A stretch of DNA of 64,000 nt from Eledone cirrhosa (taxonomy: Eukaryota), in the NCBI GenBank assembly GCA_964016885.1, contig OZ024743.1:320602001-320666000 (forward strand), given 5' to 3'. Positions 1-12,202 of the stretch are shown piece by piece. Each line of letters starts with the position of its first letter. The first letter of the stretch is position 1. The notes below the pieces were generated by a model. It searched no databases and had not been told where the DNA came from. It saw only the letters and a list, made by a program, of their open reading frames with translations. Made by a program: the position numbers and the translations under genes.

Positions 1-181
1 CAATTGGGGGCCTTTCACTCCCAGGTGAAAAAAAAAAGTACTATTTGGATGGCTGTTGACTCTGCTGAGTTCCTCCGCCCTTTGCCGGGTCTTGTATTTC
101 ACCCTGCAGGGTGTCCAAATATCACCGTCCTCACCAAGCAAGCTTTGTTGGGGTTGCCGGTTTAGTCGCCGACGATCCGAC

Positions 182-310
182 CATAGATACGTACATGCAT
201 GTATACATACATACATACATACATACATACATACATACATACATACATACATACATACATACATGTATACCTACGTGCAATACATACATACAAACATACG
301 TACAATATGC
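182..310. repeat. (TACA)n microsatellite
   Basis: Direct catacatacata run; explains the YIHT/MYVC ORFs. Confidence 0.95.
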
Positions 311-376
311 ATGCGAATGAAGAATACTTACAAAGATGTTGAAACTTAACTTTTTCACAAAACATATGAGACTCAC

Positions 377-576
377 CTTTATGTATGTTCCATCGTATAT
401 ACAGCCACAGTGTGATGGATGTACACATTCTGTACCACTAAGCACATATCCCTGTATGCAGATGCACCCATCAGTAGAATAGTCAGATAATGCAGGTGTT
501 TTGTTGGCACAAGTCGGTTGGTTGGCTTGAATTTTGAATTTGTATATCATATTTTTGCTTTTTGAGCAATCCAAAG
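377..576 (-). CDS. Exon: TIL domain (SLDCSKSKNMIYKFKIQANQPTCANK...CICIQGYVLSGTECVHPSHCGCIYDGTYIK)
   Basis: Acceptor ttcag at 577-581, donor gtgagt at 371-376; 200 nt, phase 1 to 0; TIL Cys pattern. Confidence 0.9.
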
Positions 577-1000
577 CTGAATTTAAAAAAAAACATGTTG
601 ATAAAAGCGGATGACATGCAAGTGCAAATAAAGCGAAGGATAAGAAAGTGCAAATAAAGGAGAAGGCAGTAAAATACACTAAAGAAACACTATTGGTATC
701 AATCATAGGGATGATCGTCTTTTCTGGAATTTAATTTGACGCCTGTAATATCAATCTTTGAAGAAGAAATCTGAAAATATTGGATTGCTTGGGGGAAAGT
801 TGTAGATAAATCATGTTGAAATTTTAGTGTAAAGAGGAATGAGAACAATTCAAAATATTCGAATTCCCGCGGCAGGTCTAGATAAACAATGCTGACATGT
901 CAGTTCATAAATGGATGGGAAAACAATCAGAAAGAAAGAAACAGATAGAGAAAAGATGAAACAAGGGAAAAAATAGAAACATTTCAAAATATCTACTTAC

Positions 1001-1275
1001 AACATCCTAAAACCTTTCTCCAGTTAATTATGACATCAACTTCTTCACATTTCCGAATGAAAGCTTCAAAAGATCGGCATTTAACACCTTTGAGTGTTTT
1101 AGATACATCTTTGTATGCACAAACATCAATCTTGCAAGATTCATAAAAATGTTTTGCTACTGCGACGCCTAATTTTTTCACACATTTTCCGAAAAGAGCA
1201 TTAGTGTTTATCATATAGTTACAAATCTTGGTTACACTAGCAGAACATGTAGGATAAGTATCATTGACCATGCAT
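1001..1275 (-). CDS. Exon: C8 domain (CMVNDTYPTCSASVTKIC...FYESCKIDVCAY...CRSFEAFIRKCEEVDVIINWRKVLGC)
   Basis: Acceptor ctctag, donor gtaagt; 275 nt, phase 2 to 1; C8 motif ending W-R-x4-C. Confidence 0.9.
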
Positions 1276-1575
1276 CTAGAGTCAAAATAAAAGAAAACAT
1301 TTATTAACGTACAATGATGTTTCAAAGAGGTAATTCATGACAACCAATCCTAACATTATAATGATTACATTCATAACAAATATATTATAAACTTAAAAGA
1401 TATCCGAATGTCGTTAATGTTGTCTTGTCTATATTCTTTCCATTAAAGACAGAACTAAATCTAAATAGAGTAACACGATATTAAAATTGACTTTAATGAT
1501 TTGGTACAAAAGAAGCTTTCTTTATATGAAATGAGAAAACGTTAAGATGCAAAGAAACAAGGTCTTGAATATAAA

Positions 1576-2626
1576 TCTGTATATATATAAAATTAAGTAT
1601 GTGTGTGTGTGTGTCTGTGTGTCTGTGTATTACCTATAGGGGCCTACATCTTACGACCGATTTTCATGAAACTATACAGGCTCATAGATTAGTCATCGGG
1701 GAAATGTTTTCCATATATCAGCGTATCGTTTTTTTTTTATTCCCGGATCATTCTGCATATAAAAATCGATAGGGGGGGGGGGTCACCTATTTTTAGGTAT
1801 CGAAAAATAAGATTTTTGGCTCTAGCTTCCACATTTTGCCACTGATTTCGCTCAAATTTTAAAGAAAAACAGAATTTATCATTGCACATCCTGTAATGGC
1901 TTTATACTTTGCATTTGTTTTTCAGTGACGGCGTGGCGGCCGCTTAAATATTTAAAAATACCACTTTTAGACTCAAATTTCCACTATTTTGGCTCTAGCT
2001 CCCACATTAACCAACCTACTTTGTTCAACATTTTACTCTACGCTAGATCTGATTATTTCACGTCTTAAAGTGGCTTTACATTTCGGATTTGTTGTTCATG
2101 AACGGCGTGGCAGCCGCTTAAATATTCGAAAATACTACCTTTTCGCTCAAATTTCCGCCTTTTGGGCTCTAGCTCCCACATTTTCCAACCGATTTTGTTC
2201 AAATTCGAAACTTCGGCTCCACCTCACATATAAATCAATTTATTTGGTTCAACTTTTATACTGCAATAGAACCTATCATTAGCTCCCACATTCTTCAACC
2301 GATTTCGTTCAAATTCGAAACCTCGCCTCCACTTCACACATGAATCAATTTATTTGGTTCAACTTTTATACTACGATAGAACCTATCATTGCTCATCTTA
2401 TAGTAGCTTTATATTTTTAGTTCAGGGACGGCGTGGCAACCGTTTAATTCTTCAAAATACGATGTTTTCCACCTCCCACATATTCCATACGATTTCACTC
2501 AACATTTCGCCTTTTGCTACACCTTACGACCGATTTTCAAGAAACTCGCAGTCGTTAAGATCAACACCTTTTCATCAAAGCAGATATTATTTTACCTACC
2601 CAGGCAATGCTTGGTACTGCTGCTAG
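1576..2626 (+). mobile_element. Non-autonomous Helitron with internal ~170-bp tandem repeats
   Basis: 5' TC start (TCTGTATATATATAAAA) after A1575; 3' hairpin acccaggc-aat-gcttggt then CTAG followed by T; no TSD; internal tttggctctagctcccaca...cggcgtggc repeats near 1815, 1990, 2160 and 2280. Confidence 0.75.
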
Positions 2627-2807
2627 TATATCAATAAAGCAGAACACCACACGTTTTTATTTTGGAAAAGTTAAAATGGATTTATATATTGTAATAGCAG
2701 ACAAACCTCGCAACGATAAAATCGATAAAATCGAACTAGTATTTAATGTTTCTTTTGTTACGGTTCTCGTGTCTGATTGTATACCTCAAAAGAGTTTTCA
2801 AAGATAG

Positions 2808-2838
<31 letters not shown>

Positions 2839-2957
2839 TATATATATATGATTAATAATGGTCTTTATTTTAGAGATGAGCGTCAAATTGTAAGAAACAT
2901 GATGAAGAGATTCAAAAATGTCGATTCCTATGTAAAATATAATAAAATGATACTAAC

Positions 2958-3265
2958 GATTTCATTGGTTTATTACTATCATCGGGAACTTCATAGCTTT
3001 GACCAATGAGAGCGTATTTATTTCTTCTTCCTGATACATTATCTCCTGTCTTTGTACGCCAGTCATCTTTTTTACCATTGCAGTCTCCACAAATTCCTGT
3101 TAATTTCCCCCTGTAAAGACTTGGTACTTTGACAATGGAACGGTGGTTACCATCAAATTTCACTTGAAGACCGAACATTGTGGTAGCCGTAACCCAGCCA
3201 GCAGAATAATGTACTGTGAATCCCATGTAGTTCTCCAATGGCATTTCTAATAATTCATTGTCAAC
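2958..3265 (-). CDS. Exon: VWD domain, C-terminal half (VDNELLEMPL...FGLQVKFDGNHRSIVKVPSLYRGKLTGICGDCNG...)
   Basis: Acceptor cttaag, donor gttagt; 308 nt, phase 0 to 2; same length as the paralogous exon 58046-58353. Confidence 0.92.
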
Positions 3266-4044
3266 CTTAAGAATTAATAAAATAGATAACAATATTAATG
3301 CTAGTTTCAAATGTCTATGCACAAAACCGTTTCAGTTTAACTGCACACATACCTACATATGCACATCAAATTTACAACATGCATAATAATTTGAAATATA
3401 CCACATATATAGAAGCCAATACCCTACGTTAAAACGAAGAACACACAATATAATGAATATAGCGTATATTCTATCCAAACCATTCTGTTATTATTTTCAA
3501 AGGCACACAAACTGGTTAAGTCCTTAGATACGAGATGCATTTGTGTCACAATAATGTAGCCCTTTCATGTGTTTGTGGATAGAGTGATCAATGAGGTTTG
3601 GTTCCTTTACAATTTCTATAATCATAATCATATGGCTGGGACGATATAAGATTTGAACGAATTAGGCTGCTAACTCCTTTGATAAAAGACTTTTTGATGA
3701 GTAAATATAAATGTTTAGAAAATGTTCAATTCAAGAATTAAATACAATCAAGTTGAGTTTGGAAATAGAGATTTATTCTGATTAAGATTTTTTAAAAAGA
3801 GATATGTAAGTAATGAAATTAGAAAACGTTAAGGTGTAAAATAGGAAGGAACAGAAACACATATTTGGAATTCAGCATTTATGTCTAATTCGTCACGTCA
3901 CGCATGTATATGTCATCTCGAAGAGGGTTGTAGTTAATTACGCAATACAAACTTGTCGATGTGTTTACATTTACCTGCTTTCTTGCTTGCAAATATTCTT
4001 TCTCTGTTTGACAAATGACTATTGACTACGTAGCTTTCACTTAC

Positions 4045-4295
4045 CGAAATCTTGTGTTTTGGTAATAAGCGGAGAGTTACACCATTTAATTTGATATCCA
4101 AAAAGCGAGTGTAGGAAACTTTCTTCGTTTTGCCACGATATTCGTTTTTCACTTCTACATGGAATGTAGGCAAACCAAATCCAGCTTTGGTTGATGCAAG
4201 TGTATATTTACATGCTCCCATGAAATGAATCGTTTGGCCATCAAATGTTCTATAATGTGGATCACCTGATGCTCGACATATACAGTCAGAAATAA
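4045..4295 (-). CDS. Exon: VWD domain, N-terminal half (ISDCICRASGDPHYRTFDGQTIHFMGACKY...)
   Basis: Acceptor tttgtag, donor gtaagt; 251 nt, phase 1 to 0; GDPH motif. Confidence 0.93.
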
Positions 4296-4639
4296 CTACA
4301 AAAAAACCAATTATTTTGTATTAATGAAATATATTCATAGCAGAATATACATATTGTTATACTGTGGGAGAGTCATGATGCTGCCAATAAAAACGCACGC
4401 TGCATGAACCTCCCAAATTACAACAAAATCTGTTTCAACACACGTTCTCAGATAATGAATGTTGCAGTACAAATCAAAAACTAATCAAGATATATACACA
4501 CACATTCATGTATATATATATAATTACAACAGTGCCATATACAGGTACTTAACTTTTGTTGAGTTATACACCCTAAATCATTCACCCTGTTATATAAAGT
4601 AAGATGACTACTACCATGGTTGAATGCAGTTTTTTTTTA

Positions 4640-5330
4640 GTATGGGATGTCTTCAAGGGCATGAAATTTCGAAATTAGCTATAAATAAACAAAATTATTA
4701 GATAGGTTAAAAGGAGGTAACTATCATATAAATATTACCAAATGTAGGGAATTTATTCTAAGTTAGTAATTGAAAGAAATCAAATTCATTGAAAGTCAAA
4801 TTATTTAGTAATTCAAAGAAAATATATTCCTTGAAATACAAATTAGTTAGTCTCGTCTATACCATTATCTCAGGACGAATTTCTTTTCGAGTGGACAGCA
4901 ACTGAAGCAATCAAGGCGTATATTTAAGCAGTGTTTCTCCGAAGCCAATTATGGGGGTATATTCCACTTTTCCGAGTTACAAAGCCAGCAAAATTTCGTC
5001 CAATTATTATAGGGGGTAGACTTTTCTAATATACTCCATTTAATGGGAAAAGATGTACTGTTATTTTTAAGGGTCCATGCATGGTTTGCGAGCTGACTGG
5101 CATGTTGTTGTCAGGATGTCCGAAGGTTGTTTCCTGGTCCAGTTATCAGCTTTTGAATAGAGATAAGACCAGGCTTCAGTTTGGTGGTTCTGGTTAGTGG
5201 AGGTCCAATCTGTTTGATATATCACCACTGGAATGTTGCACTGTTGGTCTAGTGGGCAGGTCTCTGGTTTTCTGAATCAAATAATTTGTTTATTTATAGC
5301 TAATTTTAAAATTACCTCGCCTTGAAGATG
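4640..5330 (-). mobile_element. Degraded Penelope-like element 3' end (GIY-YIG endonuclease remnant) with short inverted ends
   Basis: Minus-strand fragments KPETCPLDQQCNIPVVIYQ, EKSTPYNNWTKFCWLCNSEK and CLNIRLDCFSCCPLEKKF parallel the better-preserved copy at 10350-10950; inverted repeat ~4655-4700 vs ~5280-5328. Confidence 0.65.
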
Positions 5331-5438
5331 ATCTACTCTAAGAAATTTACAACTTTATGCCAGATTCTGAAGAATCTATTGCTTTCTCTTACACATGGAA
5401 CGTAGAATAAACACGCATTAAATGATTTACTTTTACAT

Positions 5439-5440
<2 letters not shown>

Positions 5441-5525
<85 letters not shown>
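5441..5525. repeat. (AG)n microsatellite
   Basis: Direct; lies just downstream (gene sense) of the microexon donor. Confidence 0.95.
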
Positions 5526-5538
5526 TGTAGCTACTTAC

Positions 5539-5556
5539 TTGGTTGTGGGGGTGGTG
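5539..5556 (-). CDS. Predicted 18-nt microexon encoding the linker (A)PPPQP(I)
   Basis: Long T-rich tract plus ccctattaag acceptor, gtaagt donor; 18 nt, phase 1 to 1; fits between the EGF exon at 14418 and the VWD exon at 4295. Confidence 0.75.
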
Positions 5557-6184
5557 CTTAATAGGGAAAATAAAAAAAATAAAAAAATTAGTACTATGTC
5601 AAAATCAATTTCTATTACAGACAATAAATTTAGTTTCTAAAGCTTTACATGTAATTATATTGCAAATGACATCATTAGCTGAATTTGATTTATCAGGTTA
5701 AATTATAAATGCACTTCTTATATATATTTATGTTTTTGTCTCTTTATGATATTTGAAACTTAAAATTTTGTTAACAAATACATGAAAATCATGCATACGT
5801 TATGCATGTATATTTGGCCGTGTTTGTAGGTCTCAAGGTTCGTGGATTTATCTGCTTCCGTTTCAAAATAAAAATAATATATATATATGTGTGTGTGTGC
5901 GCGCGCGAGCGCGTGTGTGCATGTATATATATATAGAACGTCATATCTATGGCTATTAATATCACTGTGGAATTAGTTATCATAGTTTCCTCTCCAGTAA
6001 CATAGGTGTAGAAACAAATGACCACTTTTGTTGATATTTAAAGAAGAGGAATCCCATATTCATCATCACATGTCAGTGAATAGAATCGCAATACTGCTTG
6101 TTAAACATTAAACCGAACTTTAACAGAGAGAACTTACTTATGTGATAATACAAGACTGAAGGGTAGATAACAATCCCTGAACAT

Positions 6185-7580
6185 TTATTTACTTATTTAT
6201 CTATTTACTTCTTTACTTCTTTTACTCTACTTCTTCATCACCCACTTTTTCCCGAGAGGGTCGTAGGGTCAGAGTCCTCAAACACTCCTTCTAGCTAGTC
6301 CTGTCAGAAGCTACCGTCTCCAACTGATCCGGCTGGATCCCCAAGCGTGACCAGCCAAGCTCATGGATGTTATCTAATCATCTTAATCGGGATCTACCCC
6401 TGGGTTTCTGCCGGTTGGTTTTGTCCGTAAAGTATGTCCAGCGATTCTTACCTGAGACATTCTAACCACATGCCCACAGTATCGGAGCTGTGATCTCTAC
6501 ATTCGGAGAATGAGCGGCTCTACATAGAATGAGCCTCAAATCCCCGTTACTCTAAATACCCATAGGAGGAATTCTATTTCTGCCACTTATATTCGCGATC
6601 GTATTCTTCGGTCATTACACAAGATACATGACCATATGTAAGTGTTGGCACGAAAGACTAATTGAAGATAGCGAGTTTGGCTTTTACGCATATCTCCCTT
6701 CTGAATGCTGCAGGTGGCGGATTACTACTCCAGCTTTTGCAATTCTTGCATTTAATTCAGCCTCCTGCCTTCCATCACTCGTGAACACGGCCCCGAGATA
6801 CTTGAACTTCTCTACCTGCTTCAGTGAAACTCCACTCATATGTAGCGTGCAGTGTGCAGGCTTCCTTGAGTGGACGAGTGTCTCAGCTTTTGCAGCACTG
6901 ATTTTCATTACAGCCATGCAGCACTTGGCATCAAACCTATTATGTCGAACAGCTGCTGTCATGTGTGGGACACATCCAGTTGTCAGCTGAGTCCATTGTG
7001 AGGATCACCCCGCCGCCTTCATTTAAGAACGAAGGAGAGACGGTTTCCCTCTGTCTGGTGGCTATGGCGAGAGAGGTAATATGGTGGACGAGGTTAAAAG
7101 GACTGAGGGCAAACACCTTTCTCTCCGGACAACAACTTATTCCCTTCTTTAAGTATCCTTCAGAAGGAAGGTGAGATGAGTAAGTCGAAGATCTGTCGAT
7201 TTATGTAGCACCATGTCGGCTTCAAATTCAATGCGACCCATTTTACACATGCCAGACACGATACCACTTCCAACCCGACTGCACATACAATCCTGTTTAT
7301 GTAAATAATTAACAGGAGATTCCGATTCCCACATTGAATAGTTTCCAAAATCTGAACACTAATACTCGGGAATTCATATAGAGACATCAAGGCAGCAAGA
7401 AGCTGACCATCAATCCCATACTCCTGCACACACTTCCATAGCAGGTCCCGTGGAATGTGATCATATGTCTTCCGAAGTTCGATAACACAAGAATATAATT
7501 CTTGGCAATACTCCCACGATGTGTGAATATTTGGTCGGCTATGCTGCGTCCGGGGAGAAAACCACACTGTTCATCAGCTA
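6185..7580 (-). mobile_element. RTE-clade LINE 3' part (RT and C-terminus, simple-repeat tail), interrupted by an opposite-strand Tx1-like fragment at ~6965-7175
   Basis: VSLKQVEKFKYLGAVFTSDGRQEAELNARIAKAG and ELRKTYDHIPRDLLWKCVQEYGIDGQLL; A/G-rich tail (element sense) at 6185-6240. Confidence 0.85.
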
Positions 7581-7594
7581 GATTGGACTCGAGT

Positions 7595-8095
7595 TAAGAG
7601 AGGGGCTGAGCTGTCAAGTGATTACCATCTTGTTATCTGCAACTTGAGTACCTAAAGCCAAAGAAGCCCAGAAAACTGGCAGTTCCAGAGCGATCTCCTG
7701 GATAGAACGGGAAGCATTGGTGGAAAAGGAAATGAAGGCCAGTTATGCAGATCCAATTGCATCCAAATTCAGAGATTGTTCAGCACAGAAGTTTCTGCTT
7801 CAGCTGTTAAATCCTGCAGGCGAAAGAGGCTTGGTCTTGCGCCGATTGGCAGGAAGACTTCTTGGTTCAATGAAGAGGTTCAACATGCCATCCGAGCAAA
7901 AAAGGAGGTTTACAAAGCTTGGCTTGGCAATAAGCCCTCCTTTCACTTGCGGTATAAGCAGGCACGATAAATTGCAGCAGAGACTGTAAAAGCGTCCAAA
8001 GTTAAGATATGTGTTGACTTTGGGGTTAGGCTTGAATCCGACTTCAGATAAGCAAAAAAGTGTTCGCCATTCACCGACTTCGTAATAAGAAGTAT
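7595..8095 (+). mobile_element. RTE-like LINE fragment (endonuclease-RT linker region), degraded
   Basis: RKTSWFNEEVQHAIRAKKEVYKAWL motif; homologous to 61340-61870. Confidence 0.7.
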
Positions 8096-8854
8096 CGGTG
8101 CATTGCTGATATGTTTATATAGAACAGCTATTATCATGCGCTTGACAGAAACAGCCTACGTGCCAGTTAATTTTGAAGTTCTACCGTTTGTTTTTTTATC
8201 GCGAGGAGAAGAGAGTTGATATTTTCAATCTGTTCGTACTGAGTCTTTATACTGCCAACAGCTACTCTGCAGCAAAGAATTTACGAGATGTAAAGAATCG
8301 AAAGATTTGAAGCCTGAGATATTTCTCGCTGTCAGAAACATATGAACGTCTTCAAATTATGTGGATGTTGGCTGCTGGCAAAACTTAGAAGACATACATT
8401 TGGAGTGTCAGCCTAATTCAGGGTTTGTGATATGTGTACTTATTAATGCCTACGTGATTCGCGAAATTTACTTGATAATTTCCAGTGGTTATTAATGTTG
8501 TAATTAACGTTCTGTTTATTTTTTGCTATTTCTATTGTTATTTATTCGAAGTAATGTCATCGGTGACATTGTATGTCATCGCGTATTGTACCCGATGCTA
8601 TTTCTATCTAATATAAGAAACCATTATCAGCATTAGAGTGAATGTTGATATTACTAGTATTTCCAGAAACACTTGTTTTTAATAATATACATATAACCTT
8701 CACAAAACGTATCTGTGAGTACTAATGTTTTTAATAATAGTAGTAACAACATTAGTAGCGACAGATACAAGTTTATGTGAAGGTTATATGCATATCTCCA
8801 TGTGTTTTTGCCATGTTAGACTCTCTAATATCTGTCACTCTCTCTCTCTCTATT

Positions 8855-8943
<89 letters not shown>

Positions 8944-8956
8944 ATATATATATATA

Positions 8957-8999
<43 letters not shown>

Positions 9000-9074
9000 C
9001 GAAGGAAATGTGGTAAGGAGCCATTTGGACCATAACGCACCAAGTACTCAATACTTAGGGTAGTAGAGTGTGTA

Positions 9075-12000
9075 ATAGGAACGAGTTGGACCCCGACGGC
9101 TGAGCTCAAGCCGTTTCGACGGCTAATTCTGGACTAAATGAAAATTTTTATCCTGGTATATGCTTCTCAGGGGGTAATTCCATATATGGTAAAAGTGATT
9201 GTCACAAGGATTGGTCAAAAGTTTGTTGTTGAGACACATAATTCTATCATGGGAATTTGTGGGGGGAATGGGTAGCTGAACCTGCCAGTAGAAGAAAGAA
9301 GGAGAGGGAGTGTAGGAAACCCAGTCGTGCGTTGATTGTGCCAACTACAGCAGAGCAGGAGGTCAAGCAAGTATACTAGGGAGGGTGGGGGGAGTCGAAA
9401 CAATAAGTAAATCAATATGGAGTAAATATATAGAAGAATACCAAGAATGTTAAAAATATAAAAAAAAAATTCTGGTTACTATTCCCTAACGACAGTCATC
9501 AAGTCTCTCTCTGGTACTGCTAAACTATAGAAAAGTTTACTAGGTGGGATGGAATTGTAATGAGACCATCTTAAGAGTTAGTAGTAATCAACCGAGTATA
9601 TCTTACGGTGACAGGTCAACAAGTGGGGGGCCAAAATACTAAAGAAACTACCACGAAATAATAATTCAGAGCCCCGAAACTAATACGAAATAAATGTTTC
9701 TACCCTAGGTACAAGGCCAGCAACCACCCAGTGCAAAAAATAAACTAATACGAAATAATAATTAAGAATCCCGAAAAGAAATACTATTACTATCTCTAAG
9801 GGTGCCGCTACGATACAAAAATTATATTGCAAACTACATAAATGCTCTACGAGGTATATGAAAAATTTGATACGGAAAATAATTTAGAATCCCCACCCCC
9901 CACCCCCCAAAAAAATACTGATATACGAGAAATTAAAGCAGAGATACCACTAAGAAATGTAGAAAGCACGTAAATGGGGCAGCCATCGGATAAGAAAGCA
10001 AGTATCTGGTGTCTATCACATCTGCTATAAAAAGCGGAGTCGGCCAATTCTATCATAGAATAGGGGTGGGGGTGGGGGTACTGAGGCGTCAAAGGACCGA
10101 GGGGCTGCCTCGGGTGGGCGAGAAAATCAAAAGGATGACGACAAAGAAGGAGGACTTGGGAGGAAGGACTAGGAAGGGATGGGGGGAAGAAGGAAATATA
10201 GAGGAAACGATAAAAGTTATAAAAGAAGCTCTTACGTCTACCTTTGCAAGTAGGGGTTACCCATTACAAAATCAGCAAGTGGGGTGTTACAGCTCCTGTC
10301 TACCCCCCCCCCACCCCCACCCCGGGTCATTATGGGGTTTGAGGGCGAGGTAAGTCCTACGCAATCTGTGTTTGCATGCAGTTACCAGTTCGTCTTTCTT
10401 GTTTAGGAGTTGGTCCGTCGAAAACAGCATTTGTAAAGTTTACTCCGAGCATAAATTGCACGGACGGCGTCCTCCCGTGTAAGAGTTGGCTCTGGACAGT
10501 AAGCTCCAAGTGAGATCATAGGTAATATTGTTATCGTTGAGGTCCCAGATGTGGCCCGAAAGTGTGGTGGCGTGACGCCGGGCCGGGTTTCGGAAAGTAT
10601 GTCTGTGTTGGTATAGCCGGGACTTGAAGTCACATGCGGTTAATGCTATATAAGCTTTGTTGGAGGTGTCCGTTCTCACGTTGCACTGGTAGATCACATT
10701 ACGATCTCTGCATCTGTTGTCGAGGGGGCAAATGGATCCATCAGGATAGTTGCACCTCCTGGTCGGCTCTCCACTGCTATTTAAGTTATTTCTTCCATAG
10801 GGGTTGAGTTTTTTGTTTTTAGAGGAGACGATGTTTTGTGCAAAGTTTGGTGTGGTGCTGTAGGAGAGTTCGATGGTATTTTTGTTGATTATGTTGTGGT
10901 AGCGGTGTTGTAGTGGGAAGTGTTTTTCGATGAGCCTAAAGAAGATTTGTATCTCTGAACTGGTAGGTCTAGAGATCGCTACCCGCCTGTTTTTGCGTCA
11001 ATCGATCACCAATACTTTATTATAACAAGTCAATTCTTCTTTCTTGATTTTCGTCGTCCTTTTCATTTTCTCGCTCACTCGAGGCAGCCCCTCGCTCCTT
11101 TGCAGCCTCAGTACCCTCACCCCCATCACCTATTCTATGATAGAATTGGCCGACTCCGCTTTTTATAGCAGATGTGACAGACCCCAGATACTTGCTTTCT
11201 TATCCGATGGCTGCCCCATTTCCGTGCTTTCTACATTTCTTAGTGGTATCTCTGCTTTAATTTCTCGTATATCAGTATTTTTGGGGTGGTGGTGGGGTGG
11301 GGTGGGGGGATTCTGAATTATTTTCCGTATCAAATTTTTCATATACATCGTACTAGTATTTATGTAGTTTGCAATAGAATTTTTGTATCGTAGCGGCACC
11401 TTTAGAGATAGTATTAGTATTCATTTTCGGGATTCTGAATTATTATCTTGTATTAGTTTATTTTTTGCACTGGGTGGTTGCTGGCCTTGTGCGTAGGGTA
11501 GAAACATTTATTTCGTATTAGTTTCGGGACTCTGAATTATTATTTCGTGGTAGTTTCTTTAGTATTTTGGCCCCCTCCCCCCACACTTGTTGATCTGTCA
11601 CCGTAAGATATACTCGGTTGATTACTACTAACTCTTAAGATGGTCTCATTACAATTCCGTCCCACCTAGTAAACTTTTCTATAGTTTAGCAGTACCAGTG
11701 AGCGACTTGATGACTGTCGTTAGGGAATAGTAACCAGAAATTCTTTTTTTTATATTTTTAAGATTCTTGGTATTCTTCTATATATTTACTCCATATTGAT
11801 TTACTTATTGTTTCGACTTCCCCCCTATCCCTAGTATACTTGCTTGACCTCCTGCCCTGCTGTAGTTGGCACTATCAACGCACGACTGGGTTTCTTCCAC
11901 TCCCTCTCCTTCTTTCTTCTACTGGCAGGTTCAGCTACCCATTCCCCCCACACATTCCCATGATAGAATTATGTGTCTCAACAACAAACTTTTGACCAAT

Positions 12001-12140
12001 CTTTGTGACAATCACTTTTACCATATATGGAATTACCCCCTGAGAAGCTCGGCTATTCATATACCGGGATAAACATTATCATTTAGTCCAGAATTAGCCG
12101 TCGAAACGGCTTGAGCTCAGCCGTCGGGGTCCTACTCGTT

Positions 12141-12144
<4 letters not shown>
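9075..12144 (-). mobile_element. 5'-truncated Penelope-like element (GIY-YIG C-terminus at ~10350-10950) flanked by ~1-kb inverted pseudo-LTRs (~9075-10085 and ~11103-12144), next to (TA)n tracts
   Basis: FFRLIEKHFPLQHRYHNIINKNTIELSYS, CNYPDGSICPLDNRC..VIYQC, FKSRLYQHRHTF, CNLCSE and LLNKKDELVTACKH motifs; the two arms are reverse complements. Confidence 0.85.
12035..12130 (+). ncRNA. Type I hammerhead-like motif with non-canonical CUGAGAA core (broken inverted copy at 9090-9175)
   Basis: acccc-CTGAGAA-(cggcta...tagccg)-GAAA-cggc[ttgagctca]gccg-TC-ggggt; stems I and III pair, C3:A8 mismatch. Confidence 0.55.
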
Positions 12145-12194
<50 letters not shown>

Positions 12195-12202
<8 letters not shown>

